From contig CM120646.1 of NCBI GenBank assembly GCA_051362555.1, positions 12,152,001 through 12,216,000 of the forward strand: a DNA stretch of 64,000 nucleotides. The letters are read 5' to 3'. The first letter of the stretch is position 1. Each line of letters begins with the position of its first letter. The DNA comes from Lingula anatina. Its lineage: Eukaryota; Animalia; Brachiopoda. Both the position numbers and the translations under genes were made by a program. Under the pieces are notes generated by a model. That model was given only the letters and a program-made list of their open reading frames with translations, did not search any database and had not been told where the DNA came from. This document shows, piece after piece, positions 43,101-55,429 of this stretch.

Positions 43101-44658
43101 TCCTACTTATGTATGTAATAAGAGGAAACCTGAAATGCATGGAAATATATGCAATTACACTACAACAATATAGCCCACAACAGCAGAAAGCCGAAGATGT
43201 ATCCTGCGAAGACTCCTGAGCGACGATTCCTCGTGGAGAGAAGCGAAGGTTTTAGCTGGCCAGCTTAGAGAAGCGTCGAATCCATTGTCCAGACGACTGC
43301 GTGTGCAAGAAACAACATGTCGATGAGCGATGCGTTGACTTGATACGAGGAAAAGATTCGGAGAAATGTGAGTCGACTCCTGTGTCCTTTTTACGGGGCG
43401 CAGTACATGGCATCCTTCTTGTTGCTCCAGATCTGTCTGCGTTGAATGAACGCAATTTCAAAATTTCGCGCTTTTATACCTTCAGCAATGTAATGTCACA
43501 TGGTGGCGTTCCTGGTCAACTTGTTCATAGGGGGTGGCGTTTGATAGTGATGCCTATAATTGATTATAATATCTTTTGAACATACATCTTTAATTAACTA
43601 TTTTTATTTTGATTATTCTGTTTATCATTTTATTTTATAATAAGAGTAATAAGTACTAAGCAGTGACTTCGAAATGTACAGCCAAATTGGATGACAATTT
43701 GTGAGCAGCATAAACCTTCTCCCCAAAATTATGATAGGCCCCATGTCCGTTAAACTGGTACAGGTAGACGTGAACTTCTCGCAAGCCACTACAGAACGTG
43801 TGTATTCGAATACTGATCCAAAATGACGTGGATAATATAATGGGGCATAGGGTGACTGCGTTTTCGAGGCAGCCTGAGGGCGCATGATTGTTTTGATTGT
43901 AGTGAACTGTAGTGAGTGAATTGAAAGTACACTGGACTTGGCACATACAGTCACCTCGTACTCTAAAACATATTTTGTAATCAACTGAGTTGTTATTCTG
44001 AGAAATGGAAAACAAGTTATTGTGATTTTACGAAACAAAAGAAAGAAGCAGTAGGTTGATAAACTTATACCAGGTAGCAGAAACAAATAAATATTTTACA
44101 TATAAAAGGTCTACTGATATAGGTAATAATTAACAACGGACGCCTCCATTCATGGCTTCGGGTTATCACGTTTGTGGTGTCACCTGGCTTTCAAAAATGA
44201 AAAAAAAAAAAAAACGTGAGGTTTTTTGCCGCAGGTCATTATTTTAAGTTGTTTGATGTTTTTGTAATATTTCAGCCATTTAAAGAATCTTAAGTTATAT
44301 CCATGATTAGCTAGGCGATATGATGACAGGACACAGTTAATTGTTTTAGACGAAACTGCATTCTCATAGACAGTAATTTGCAAAACCTTCGTTGACAGGC
44401 ATTGTGAAAAATATACTTGGAGTTGAAGACAGTTGTGCCAGTAAAAATAATGTGCATCTCGTAACCCCTTTAGCGCAGTCTAATTTTTGTTAGTATTAAT
44501 AACATGCGAATATAATCCAAAATGGTTGTTTTTTTAAACCTTCTTTACTGAATACGAAAAAATTCCATACTAGCAAGGCATGAATCGGAAAATGTATGCA
44601 TTATTACACAAAAAGCTAGATTTATCATTTTTTGTCACAATAGGTTTAGAAAAGTAGA

Positions 44659-44827
44659 CAGGGCTGTAGCCTCCGGGGGGGGGGGGGGGGCAGGGGGGGC
44701 AGCTGACCCCCCTGGGATTTAGAATTTTCCACACTGGTAGGGGGACACCCCCTCCCCCCTCGGGGGCTTCGCCCCCTCGTGTCCGCTTACTGCCCCCCCC
44801 TGGCATTTTGCTCAAGCTACGGCCCTG
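44659..44827. mobile_element. GC-rich MITE with CAGGGCTGTAGC TIR and imperfect 5-bp TSD (GTAGA/ATAGA)
   Basis: cagggctgtagc...gctacggccctg. Confidence 0.7.
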
Positions 44828-45375
44828 ATAGAATAGAATACGCGACTTCCCCTCCTTCCCGCTATGCGACACTCCAGGTAGAAACACGCTTCACAATAAA
44901 ACGTCTCTGTCAGTGTTTAGGTAGTTCTACACCAAACAATATACTCATGTGCCTTACATCACTCCCTTAAATCCCTCTCCAATTTTGATTTCAGATGGTT
45001 ATTCAGTAACAGACAACTATTAGTCAAGGTGTTCTGATACAGACAAATCACGCTCAATACATGCCTAGATATAAATTGTTTGAAACTGAACAACGTGACC
45101 GTGATCAAGTGTCATAAGGCTTATGTCATGGTTCATAGATATCATGAGGCATTAGTGTGGTATTGTGCTTTTGGGGAGTTTGTTGACAAGGGCGCACCTT
45201 GCTCATAAATAATTCATAGATCCATGTAGCATGTCATATATGCGTTAAAATAGAAAGGGGACTTTTGAAGAGCAATGAGGGAGTTCTTATTATTCTTTGT
45301 ACGCCTCTTCGCTCCTGGTATAAAGTCCTAGTACAAAAAAACTTAAGAACTTTAGAACTAACAAGTTTAGAGGTA

Positions 45376-46363
45376 ATGTCGGATACGAAGACGATTTACT
45401 GTATATTTGGTTCATTTTTAGTTTATTTAATGTTACCTGTAGTTAGCGGTCTCAACGCTATTCCTCGTCAACCAGTGGAGGATGGAAATTGTCAAACTAT
45501 ACTGGAGTATTACGATGAAGGAATTGGGAGGTGTGCCAGTTGCAAGACCGAGTACAAGTACGCCAGTAATGCAAACGTCAGCATAATCAAGGATTGTGAA
45601 GGTAAGAACGGCGGAGGAATTGACACTGAATTATGTATCATCATAATTAGCTTATTTATTTACCTTAAGCACCGGGATCAATATAATGCTCACTCACCGC
45701 TGTTTATTTAATGTTGATGTCAAGCACTGTAGGGCCTACAGGTGCTATAGATTTTTCTTTTTGTGTGCGTAGCGTGCGTTTCTATTTATTGATGGGTGTT
45801 TTAATCTAATATTACGTCGCCCTTAATGTTTCCTCTGTGATATTGAAATTTCAGTCTTATCTAGTCAGATTTAATCTTGCCTACTCAGATTATATTTTGG
45901 CCTTATTTAATGTTGATTCAGTCAACCGATACACAACAGTTGATATCATTAAATGAACCCCTGAAGTATACCATCATTATTATTTCATCTTACAGTCTTT
46001 GTCACTGTGTGCATCAAGAATCACTGCCCTTCCCTCTGTGCCCCAGAGGGTTCAACTCCATCAACGTCACCCGCTGTTCCCTCCATCGAGGCGGAAACTG
46101 TGACTGACGGACCTGCCTCTGGACGAAACACAACGGCATGTAGTCGGGAACAAAGCTCCGTGTTAGGCATTTTTCCTGTGTGGGTCGTACCAGCATTGGT
46201 TGGGGCACTTGTACTCGGAGTTCTACTTGGGTTCTTGGTCAAGCCGAAAACCCCTAAAGGTGTGTATATAAGTATTACCTTCACATCAGTGTAAACTGGC
46301 TCATGATTAATAACGATTTTTCATCTAAAGCTTCAATTTTTTAAAACTTCCTTAATTTTTTTC

Positions 46364-46411
<48 letters not shown>

Positions 46412-46672
46412 TCCTTTTTTCGTCAGTTCTTGCTCTCATTTTTTTCTCTTTTTATATGTCAGTATTCCCCCTTCAATGTCGATCTCACTTCTACACTGTC
46501 TTTCTCAGTGTGTTGTCCTGGATGTCACGGACGCTGCCGCCAGGAGAGTCGTTCCCCAATCTCAGCGCCAACAGACCATCAAATCCCCCAGTCTCACGAG
46601 CTGACCATGTCCATGTTGCCAGACACAGAGCAGACCACGCCCATGGAGCCACTCGCAGAACACAATAATTGA
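45376..46672 (+). CDS. Type I membrane protein with a single cysteine-rich domain, TNF-receptor-like (Grindelwald/BCMA/Fn14 type); exons 45376-45601, 45996-46259, 46509-46672, ~217 aa
   Basis: Signal peptide-like IYCIFGSFLVYLMLPVVSG; CQTILEYYDEGIGRCASCK...C...C...C...C; S/T/P stalk; TM VWVVPALVGALVLGVLLGFLV; short tail ending TPMEPLAEHNN. Both introns are phase-1 GT-AG and keep the frame. Confidence 0.65.
46367..46408. repeat. (CT)n microsatellite
   Basis: Direct read. Confidence 0.9.
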
Positions 46673-48309
46673 CAGGGATGTATCCCGGTGACAAAAATTG
46701 AGGACCTGGCTGTTATGTGGGAGGGTCTCAGAAGGTTTTTAAGCCGCGCGCGGCCGCTTTCAACAACCATTTTGCCTTGTCAAAGCTTCCATGAGGTTGA
46801 AAATCACGCTTTAGTCCATAGTTATTACCCTGAGTGTCAAAGCAACGTAAAGGCTAACTAGCTTAAATATACCTTATGATGGAGTCGCTTTTACTAGTAT
46901 TGTTGATATGGGTTATATATGAAATCAAGATCGAGCTGGCAATACCGCAATCTAGAACCTAGGGTAATAGTTATCTGAATATTAGCTAATTTTGTGAGTG
47001 TTTTCATTTTTTCAAGCAAGGCTATTCAAACAAAACTTTATAAAGTGTTTTTATTTCACGTTTTCTGTGATGCACTGGGCCTTTAATCGCAGTACATGAA
47101 TATTTTATTACATAGAAGTAACTACTATGTTTTATTAGCATGTTTATGTCGAGCTGTCTTATAACGGGCCATCCATTTTCATCATTCTTTTACTAGTCTG
47201 CATAGACTTTTTTCAGATTCCCCTCCCTCAGACAGTACAATGAGGGTGAAAAAGCTAAAAAATTATTACCTTTCTCAACAATTTGGATCATCAATTTTAT
47301 TATTTCACATGTGGGCATTAAATCCCCCCCCCCTTCCAGCGTACGGTTTGTAAAAAATTACAAAAAAGTGGATGACCCCTTAGGAATAACACATAACATT
47401 TCATGTACATGTAAAATACCCTTTCTATAAATTATCTAAATTGTTAGATACCTATCAGTCAAACATTTCAAATATTTGTTTGTCTCCATATGTGCTAAGA
47501 GTTTGTCAGTTAGATATAAGTCAGCAAAGGTCAACCGACAGAGCCAGATCTAGAATAGACTTCCAAGGGTAAAATTAAAGCGTGTGTAGGGCCCACTGTG
47601 ATAAAGCAGAACAGCCAATGTTATATGCTTTTGCTTTGTATGAATTTTAACTTTGTTATATCAAATAGGCCTATTATCATACTCTGATAATGATAATAAT
47701 TGATGATAGGCCTACTAAGAAAGCAAGTGTCTTGTTGTTTTTATTTGCATAGGTATCCCGAAAAAATGGTACCCTTTAAGCTGTCAAGCATGCAATTATA
47801 ACTATTTCAAAAATAACTTACTATTTAAAATATTTTGCAAATGGTTTTGTAGGCTACTTAGTGTTTATAGATCTGATGCGTAGTCCTAATTCAGAAACAT
47901 CCGCCATATCTCAAAGCAGGTATATATCTTTAGGCCTATATCTTTACCATGCAGACTACAGGATCGCCTCGAAGAATGGGCATATCGAATATAAGCAACT
48001 TTTTTAATGAGCTGTACATTCGTTGATATTATAATCCTTCTTTTTGTCAAATAAAATTGAATGAAACGTTGCAGGTCTATATATCAATTTATATATTTGT
48101 CGCGGGAAGTCAGTCATAAATTGCATGATTATTCAATTGCTAGGTTAAAATAGATGAGATGGATGGAAAGGTTTATTGATTAAAACTTGCGAATCTCCTG
48201 TTCAAATAATTTGTGTTGCTTTTTTTTAAGCACCAAAGTGTATAACACCCAGGAGAGCTAATAAAAGCGAGAGATTTTCATACGGGTCCATGTTCATGTA
48301 GTAGGGACT

Positions 48310-51300
48310 AGTAGTTACATCCGTACTATACGGGAGAAAAGAATTCCACTTTTTTCTTTTGTTATGTTACATCATTTGAACAATGAAAAACCTATACCGG
48401 ACAATGGGGATGTTTACAAAATAAACAAACAATTTTTTTAATGTAAACAAACGAGACTCCCTATTTTTGTTTACGTTTCACTATGGTAACGGATGACGTC
48501 ACAGAACGGGCCTGGGCATGTAGGAGATTTTAAAGAATTACTAAGGAAAAAGGCACAATGTAGTGATAAACAAGTAAATTTGTAAATAAAACATGATTTT
48601 ATTGAAATACATAATTGCATTGTAAGTTGATCATAGTGAACAGTTGTATATACACATTAAAACATTAAAACAATGTACATAAATGTCTAATTTACTAAAA
48701 GATAATAATTATGCATAATGCAGTGCAAAGTGAGTATAGTGAATCTATCAATTACATGCACAGATTAAAACAGCAAAACAATGTATGTACAACAAAATGA
48801 AAAATGATAAATATATAAACAACACTACTCGGCAATTTATGAAAGTTAATAGCCGTATGGTAGTGTATCAAATGAGTCTTGCTGAATGACACGTTTAGTG
48901 TACACAACCCGGTAAACTTTATCCTCCCTTTTAGAGAGCAGTTCTTTATTCAGAGTGTCTCGCACAATTTTATGATGTGTAGTTGTTGACACCTCTTTCG
49001 GACCTATACCGTGTACCATGTTACGTAAAGTCTCATAGTTCACTATTTGTGAGGTTTCATAATTCAGTGAGATACCCCTCACTTTACAAATTGTCTTTCC
49101 CTTTGCGGTAACGTATGCGTAGTTTTTCGGCCCGCCCGACACGAAGGTGGTGATGTGGTCCCCCTCATCTAGCTCATCGGTGAAGTCGCCAAGGTAGCTG
49201 CCCATGATGGTATTTAGGTAGGCGTTGGTTTGTGCACTGCCATCGTCCAGGAAGATGATTGAGTCCGTGTCAAAGTAAAGAACGTTTCGATCCAGGACCT
49301 CTATGGCGCTGTAAAGAACCATACGAGCGTGGGCGGTGGTGTACGCGGCTATGACGACGTTGGTCTTATCGGAGCATTCATTAAACTCAGATTGGTGTTT
49401 GTAGTGTACCTCCACCATATCATCGGTTAAAAACATCACGTTGGTGACATCGACGGATTTGTTCAACAGCAGTGCAAAGTACTCGTCCACCTCGGTGACG
49501 TATTCGGACTGTGTCATGTTCATTCGTTGACCGAATTTGCCTGAAATAACAAACATAAAAAATAATAACATAACTATGCGAGTAAGGATAGTGAAAATGC
49601 ACGGATGAGAAGTACTGTAATATTGTATGATGTGAATAAACAAGGTGTAAACATAATAAAGCATCAAGGACAGATGTAATATGCAAATGTACGTACGATG
49701 TTATTACCATTATTTACGGTGAATGACAAATACAAATATTGGAATCATGCGTGAACCTCAGACATAGTGTATGTAATAAATGAATGCTACCTCTGTTTAT
49801 ACGTACCCCAAAAGCTGTTAAGCATCAGTTTAGACAAAGCCCTCAGGCCTGGGTTCTTCTTAATTTGGTTAGGGTCTAGTCGAATGCCCTCTTTGGTGAA
49901 GTAGGAAGCAATGTAGTCTCTTTTGAGCTGTGGTGTCGTGCACTCTGGTGGATAGCCGCTGGCCTCTTGTTTGAGCTTGAGAAATGTATTGATATAGTCA
50001 GAGAAAAGACCCCCCGTTTTGGTGATTGGGTTGTATTCGCTAACATGATCATAATGCCAGACCTCGTGCATTTGTTTAATCACATAGCCCTTGGAAACGG
50101 CCTTTTTTAACTCGACCGTAACCCATGTACCTGTCATACAACGCTCTTCGTCATTATGCTCACACCGTGACTGCTGCAGTGTGTCAGCGCATGTGCGACA
50201 AAGAGGAAATGTTAGTTTCCCTTGTGATCTATAGGGAAGGACAGGATGATAAAGGCCGTGAGGAGGAAGAATAGTACATTTGACTAAACCTTCATACTCG
50301 CTAAGAGGACCAAAGTTTTCGGTTATGATGGTGGGGTGACAGAGGGGGTATGGTTTGTATTTGTTGACATAGGGATATAGACTACACACGTCAATGTAAC
50401 GTATTTTCTGTCCCTGATCTGCCTGACAAAAAAGCTTGACTGCGTTCGTCCTGCCCCCGTAAAAGGCTTCACGAGGATCAATACAATCGACAACGTTCAC
50501 GCTATCCACTATTTCTTTCACGCCAGCATCCTCCCGTATGACCCTGTCAAACTCACACTCCCATACCTCTATGTAGTTGAAACCTAAAGACTGAAGCGCA
50601 TGCTTCTTATCCACCGTCCTTTCTAACAACTCACCCATTGTCCTCAAATTGACATTGTTGATATTGTAACTGTTGTAACATTTTGGACACCCATGCCAAA
50701 AACACCCCTGATACTCGTAGACAGTGTTAGTTGTTGACGCCCAACCATCAACGACAAACTTTCCTATTTTCTTTTCTCCCTGATTATGAGCATGCTGTAT
50801 AAAGACATTGTCACGCTCCGCCCTATACCGCAACCATTTAGCTGCTTTCACGGACGTTTTGTTTTTCGGCTTATAACCCTGTGCTGGAATAATGCCGATC
50901 GTGTTTTGCATAAGAAATAAAGATCTGAACACAACATTGCATGCGCTGGCTATAGTGATAGATCTGTAAAAAACATCAATTTCCACACCATTCGCAACTG
51001 TTATATCAAGCATCAATTTCCTGAATCGGAGACATGCTTGCCGAAGAATGGTGACGTCCATGCGGCAGTATATGAGTATTTCCTTTTGGAAATCAAATAT
51101 ATAGTTTTGACTAACCTGATCATTGTACCATGCCAAAAATTTTTCTCTCGCACCGGTAGACATTGAATCAGAGCCATAGAAATTAGTGGCGGGCATTTTA
51201 CCCCTATAGTCTTGGTTTTCAGGGGTATTAAAGAAGTGGGGGAAGTAGCCCTTTGACAGGGATTCATCTAGACCAAATGCAGCGGGAAGTTTGTTGAGTG

Positions 51301-51510
51301 CCATGGGGAGGAAGCTGTAAGAATCAATAACGGTTATATCGCCCACCTTAATAGAAAGCACCTTGGCGCCCCGTAATATCACCTCAGGAACGATACATTG
51401 GTCTTTGAGCCATTTTAAGAGGAAAAAACCATCATAACCAGACATGTTGTGTGCCAACAATATAGCCCCATTATGTATGATCATATCCTCCTCGTTATTC
51501 TCACATTCAT
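48310..51510. repeat. Left arm of the 3,201-bp terminal inverted repeat
   Basis: Reverse complement of 60186-63386; coordinate sums are constant (111696) at the outer end, the intron and the inner end. Confidence 0.95.
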
Positions 51511-53239
51511 ACTCAGCACCATCAAAACATAACGATGCTCCAGGATTCATTCGTTTACTGCGACCTCCTTTGTTTTTTCCTTTCCTTTTCCTTTTACCTT
51601 GTGCACGTTCAAAACTCTGATCTTCAAATACCCATTTGCAAAATTCATCAACACACGACGGCCCCTTAAACACATGTTCATTTTTGCCACATAGCTCACA
51701 TGTACTAGTGGGGGTTACGTCTAAATTTAGACAGTGATGACATACCCTGTGAGCAACCACTAGATTAGGGGTATGAACATGCGATGGCTGCGCTTCAAAA
51801 TCAAAAAATATGAAAGGGCGTTTTGAACCAGGTTTAAACTTACCAATGAAATTGGCAGCAGGATTCTCATCGATATACATAAGTAAATCGTCATCATCCT
51901 CACCAAGGTCATCTCTATCAATTTGCATGTAACATAAGTGACCGTCTTTGACGTACTTATTACATGACTTGCACTTGTAAGTGTAACACACATGTTTTTC
52001 TTCCCTTTTATGATCGACAAATTTAGTGCACTTTTTACAAAGAGTAAATCGTCGGCAGGTTGACCATTTACCTTGTTCGGGTACAAGTGTATGATTTCTA
52101 AAACAGCTGTCAGAGAGGAAATTTCTGCTACACTGATCGCAATGACGCCAATTTTCAAACTTGCATGACGAATCCTTTTTACACCTCTCGCAATATTTTT
52201 CGCACGAATGGTCACCCATGTGATCAAAACCTATATTGCATTCCGTACAATAGTACGCTCTACCCATGAAACCTGTTATCGAAGTTATGACATCATAATG
52301 CCCCTTATGATAAAATAAAAACAGCTCCTTCAAAGCTGAAGGTCCTTTATGAATTAAACTCATAAAGTGATCTCCAGAAAACACAGATATTTGATAATTA
52401 CTCAAATATGACTGAAACTGTTTAATTTCAGGGACACCACAAGGACCTAACGGTACTCCAGCTCTTGTATGCAAGTCTTGGGCTCTTTCTAATTGTTCAC
52501 GACAACGGTTATCAACGATTGTTGCATATTCGGGGTCATTATCTGCTTTGGCCATAGCTACAACCAATGCACGCGCTAAACACAACTGATCTCCCGCCCC
52601 GTTACGTATTTGAATGACTGAACGCTTTGCGTGGAGAAAGCTCTGCAGACCCATAGACCCTCTTTTTAATCTTGCTCCACCAGGGCGTGGCATACTGACA
52701 TGACACACAGTTAAAATAATAGATGCGTCAAGTCTAAACTCCTCGTGAGACTGTAATACTCTTATCAATTCGTCCAAAAAGAGATCCACTGTAAATTCAG
52801 ATACCCTCGTGAACGCTATTGATATGGGATACTCTAACGTATCAGATTGCAAGACAATTCTGACCAAATCATGAGGAAGCATGTTCTGCACTAAGTCGTC
52901 AAATATGTTTTGGAAAAGCTCACGTAGGAACGGGATCATAGAATTTAAACTTCTATTTTCTAAATGGGAGAATGTGAGCTGATAGTCCGTGTTTACAGTT
53001 GAAAATTTTTTCATGCGCCGTTCATTGACCCGTCGCAGATTATAAAACCTTCTATAATCTAACCCCATCCCGAGTTCACCTTCGAACTGATCTACATGAT
53101 TTACCAGCTGATCGTCTGTTACATTTGAATCAGCCCATAACTCATCACCACTCTCATGCTCCGCATTCAATAAATCATCCTCATTACTCATGTCTTCCCA
53201 CAAATTAGAAACCGATCCCTCAGACTCTGTGTCACCCAT
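48846..53239 (-). CDS. pPolB: Protein-primed family B DNA polymerase; exons 53239-49807 and 49540-48846, ~1375 aa
   Basis: Exo I FFDFE, Exo II AHNMSGYD, Exo III YCRMDV, FYGGRT, motif A YIDVCSLYP, motif B KLMLNSFWG|KFGQ (spliced), motif C YFDTDS, GPKNYAY, KVRG, C-terminal TLPYGY. Confidence 0.95.
49541..49806 (-). other. 266-nt phase-1 GT-AG intron in pPolB
   Basis: TGG G|GTACGT ... tgtttgttatttCAG|GC AAA TTC GGT restores NSFWGKFGQR. Confidence 0.88.
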
Positions 53240-54403
53240 GATAAAATAGTGTTAAAGGCACATGTAATAAAAGGAGGGGTAATGTAAGGGGTGAGGGTAA
53301 GGAAATCTCAAGCTCAAGCAATAGCCACTGTGCGTGATATCTATAAAGATCAAAAAATCAAATCAGTCCCCCGTTTTCAGACAGCTAAACATTTTAGACA
53401 CAATGTTAACGATATATACAAAAATTTTAACGTGAATTAAATTGACTGAATGTTCAGTAACTTACATTTTGTGTGCTCCTACACTGGCTCTCCATGGGAC
53501 CTTCTACAATGTATTGCCGCGACATGCCTCCACAGACGTTAATGCTCAAATGACGTCGAAGCCACGATGTTTAATATTAAGAATAATGAAATAAAACTTT
53601 TAACCAATAAAAATATCCCACGTCACATAAAATTACGTATACCATTGTGTTGTTCGCGGGAAAATGTAGGGTGACAACCGTGAGAAAATGCTGTTGATTA
53701 TTCATATGCCCTGGCCTTATATTGTCCTCCCTGTTCACAGAATCAACACCAGCCTCTTATAATTTCAATGCCACTCTCTTGATGTAATCCCTTACAACAA
53801 CACGCATGGGTGTGACTACAGTTGTTCTATTGTATCGATTGATACGCGTTTAAATTTCATTACATAGTCACACAGCGTTGCACTCAATAAAATGTAGTAG
53901 TACATAACACAAATCAAATACTATCAATAATATCGTCTTCGTGGGAAATGTTGTTAATAATGTACCTGCCGTACAAATCGAATACTATCAATAATATCGT
54001 CTTCGGGGGAAAACGTTGTTAATAATGTACGTGCTGTGGTCTTCTATTGTACCCCCCGTGTACAGAAACAACACCAGTCTCTTTAGTACTTTCAATGTCG
54101 CTCTCAACGTAATCTCTTCACAAAAGAATGTGCACAAGCACAATCACACGCTATTGAATGGCCCATAGAGACGAAACAGCACACATTAATATTAATGGCG
54201 ATTGCCTCTTTGTGTACGATGCATGAGAACTGAATGCACCGTGTCACTAAGTACCCTCCCCCGAACTTACGAACTTTAGCTTGAAAATGAAAAACGGTTA
54301 TCAATGTTACTGCAATTTTTATCACTTTTCGTCATGGGAAATAATATATCGTTTGTGTATAACACGTGATAAAAGTTATAAAGTAAACCCGTCAAGCCGA
54401 TAA

Positions 54404-55075
54404 ATGCCAATTACATTTTTGGACATGTACGATACACATCTAAAACACCCTTTCACTGCTCTTTTAGCAGGGCCCACTGGTTCAGGAAAAACAGTATGGA
54501 TTAAAAGGCTATTATCAAATGCCGATACAATGATTTCACCGTCGCCACAAAAGATAATATATTGTTACGATATTTGGCAGCCCTTGTTTGATGAAATGCA
54601 GAGTGAGCACCCTGACACAGTAACATTCTTTAAAGGTATTCCGACCGACTTAACCGACGCCACCTTTTTTGATTCTCAATTAAATAATCTAATAGTACTC
54701 GATGATCTTTTTGCCGAATGTAGCGACGATGCCCGGATCCGTGACCTATTCACAAAAGGCTCTCACCATCGTAACATCAGTGTAGTATTGATTGTACAAA
54801 ATTTATTTCCCAAAGAAAAGCACGCGCGAACCATATCGTTGAACTGTCATTATTTGGTTCTTTTTAAAAACCCCCGTGACTCCCTGCAAGTCAAAACACT
54901 AGGAATGCAAATGTATCCCAACGATCTAAAATCGTTTATAAATGTTTATAAAGACGCCACATCCAGTGCCCATAGCTATTTACTCATAGACCTCAGACAG
55001 AACACTGCGGATTGCATTCGTCTGCGCACCAATATCTTTCCCGGAGAAACGCATTACGCATACACATGTAAATGA
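54404..55075 (+). CDS. A32/FtsK-like genome packaging ATPase
   Basis: Walker A GPTGSGKT, Walker B IVLDD, HHRNISVVLIVQNLF, SLNCHYLVLFKNPRD. Confidence 0.92.
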   Translation: MPITFLDMYDTHLKHPFTALLAGPTGSGKTVWIKRLLSNADTMISPSPQKIIYCYDIWQPLFDEMQSEHPDTVTFFKGIPTDLTDATFFDSQLNNLIVLDDLFAECSDDARIRDLFTKGSHHRNISVVLIVQNLFPKEKHARTISLNCHYLVLFKNPRDSLQVKTLGMQMYPNDLKSFINVYKDATSSAHSYLLIDLRQNTADCIRLRTNIFPGETHYAYTCK

Positions 55076-55105
55076 CTGAACATATTTTCATCGCTGCGGT
55101 GTATC

Positions 55106-55429
55106 ATGAAAGTTGAGACAGAAAAGTTATTCAATGCTCATGTCAGTTTGCTTTCCATAGCCGACAAGAAATTGATAACTGCCGTTGTTAAGAATTCACC
55201 CTACGATTTCGTTAGAATTATCTGTAACTACGCATCTAATCTATTATATAATACAAATATTACCCTGACTGCGACAGAAAAATCGGCATTACGGAGGGTT
55301 AAACGCGTCATCGTTCAGCTGGCTTCCAAACAAGTGTCCATTCAGCGGAAAAAAATAATTTTGATACGGAATCCGGGTGCAGTTAAGGCAATTCTAAAAC
55401 CGATAACAAGAAATGGCAGGCTTCAATAA
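55106..55429 (+). CDS. Small basic Maverick protein of unknown function
   Basis: 107-aa ORF packed between the ATPase and the next gene; NLLYNTNITLT...LRRVK...LASKQVSIQRKKIIL resembles a small conserved Maverick ORF. Confidence 0.65.
   Translation: MKVETEKLFNAHVSLLSIADKKLITAVVKNSPYDFVRIICNYASNLLYNTNITLTATEKSALRRVKRVIVQLASKQVSIQRKKIILIRNPGAVKAILKPITRNGRLQ

Noticed and set aside
43625-44086. Two overlapping minus-strand ORFs (153 and 119 aa)
   Set aside because: No recognisable domain or confident splice partners; an unknown exon cannot be excluded.
49541-49667. Hydrophobic N-terminus (MMLYYVYTLF...) of the 273-aa ORF as a separate membrane protein
   Set aside because: It is translated intron; polymerase similarity begins at GKFGQR after the AG acceptor. 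The same applies to 62029-62155.
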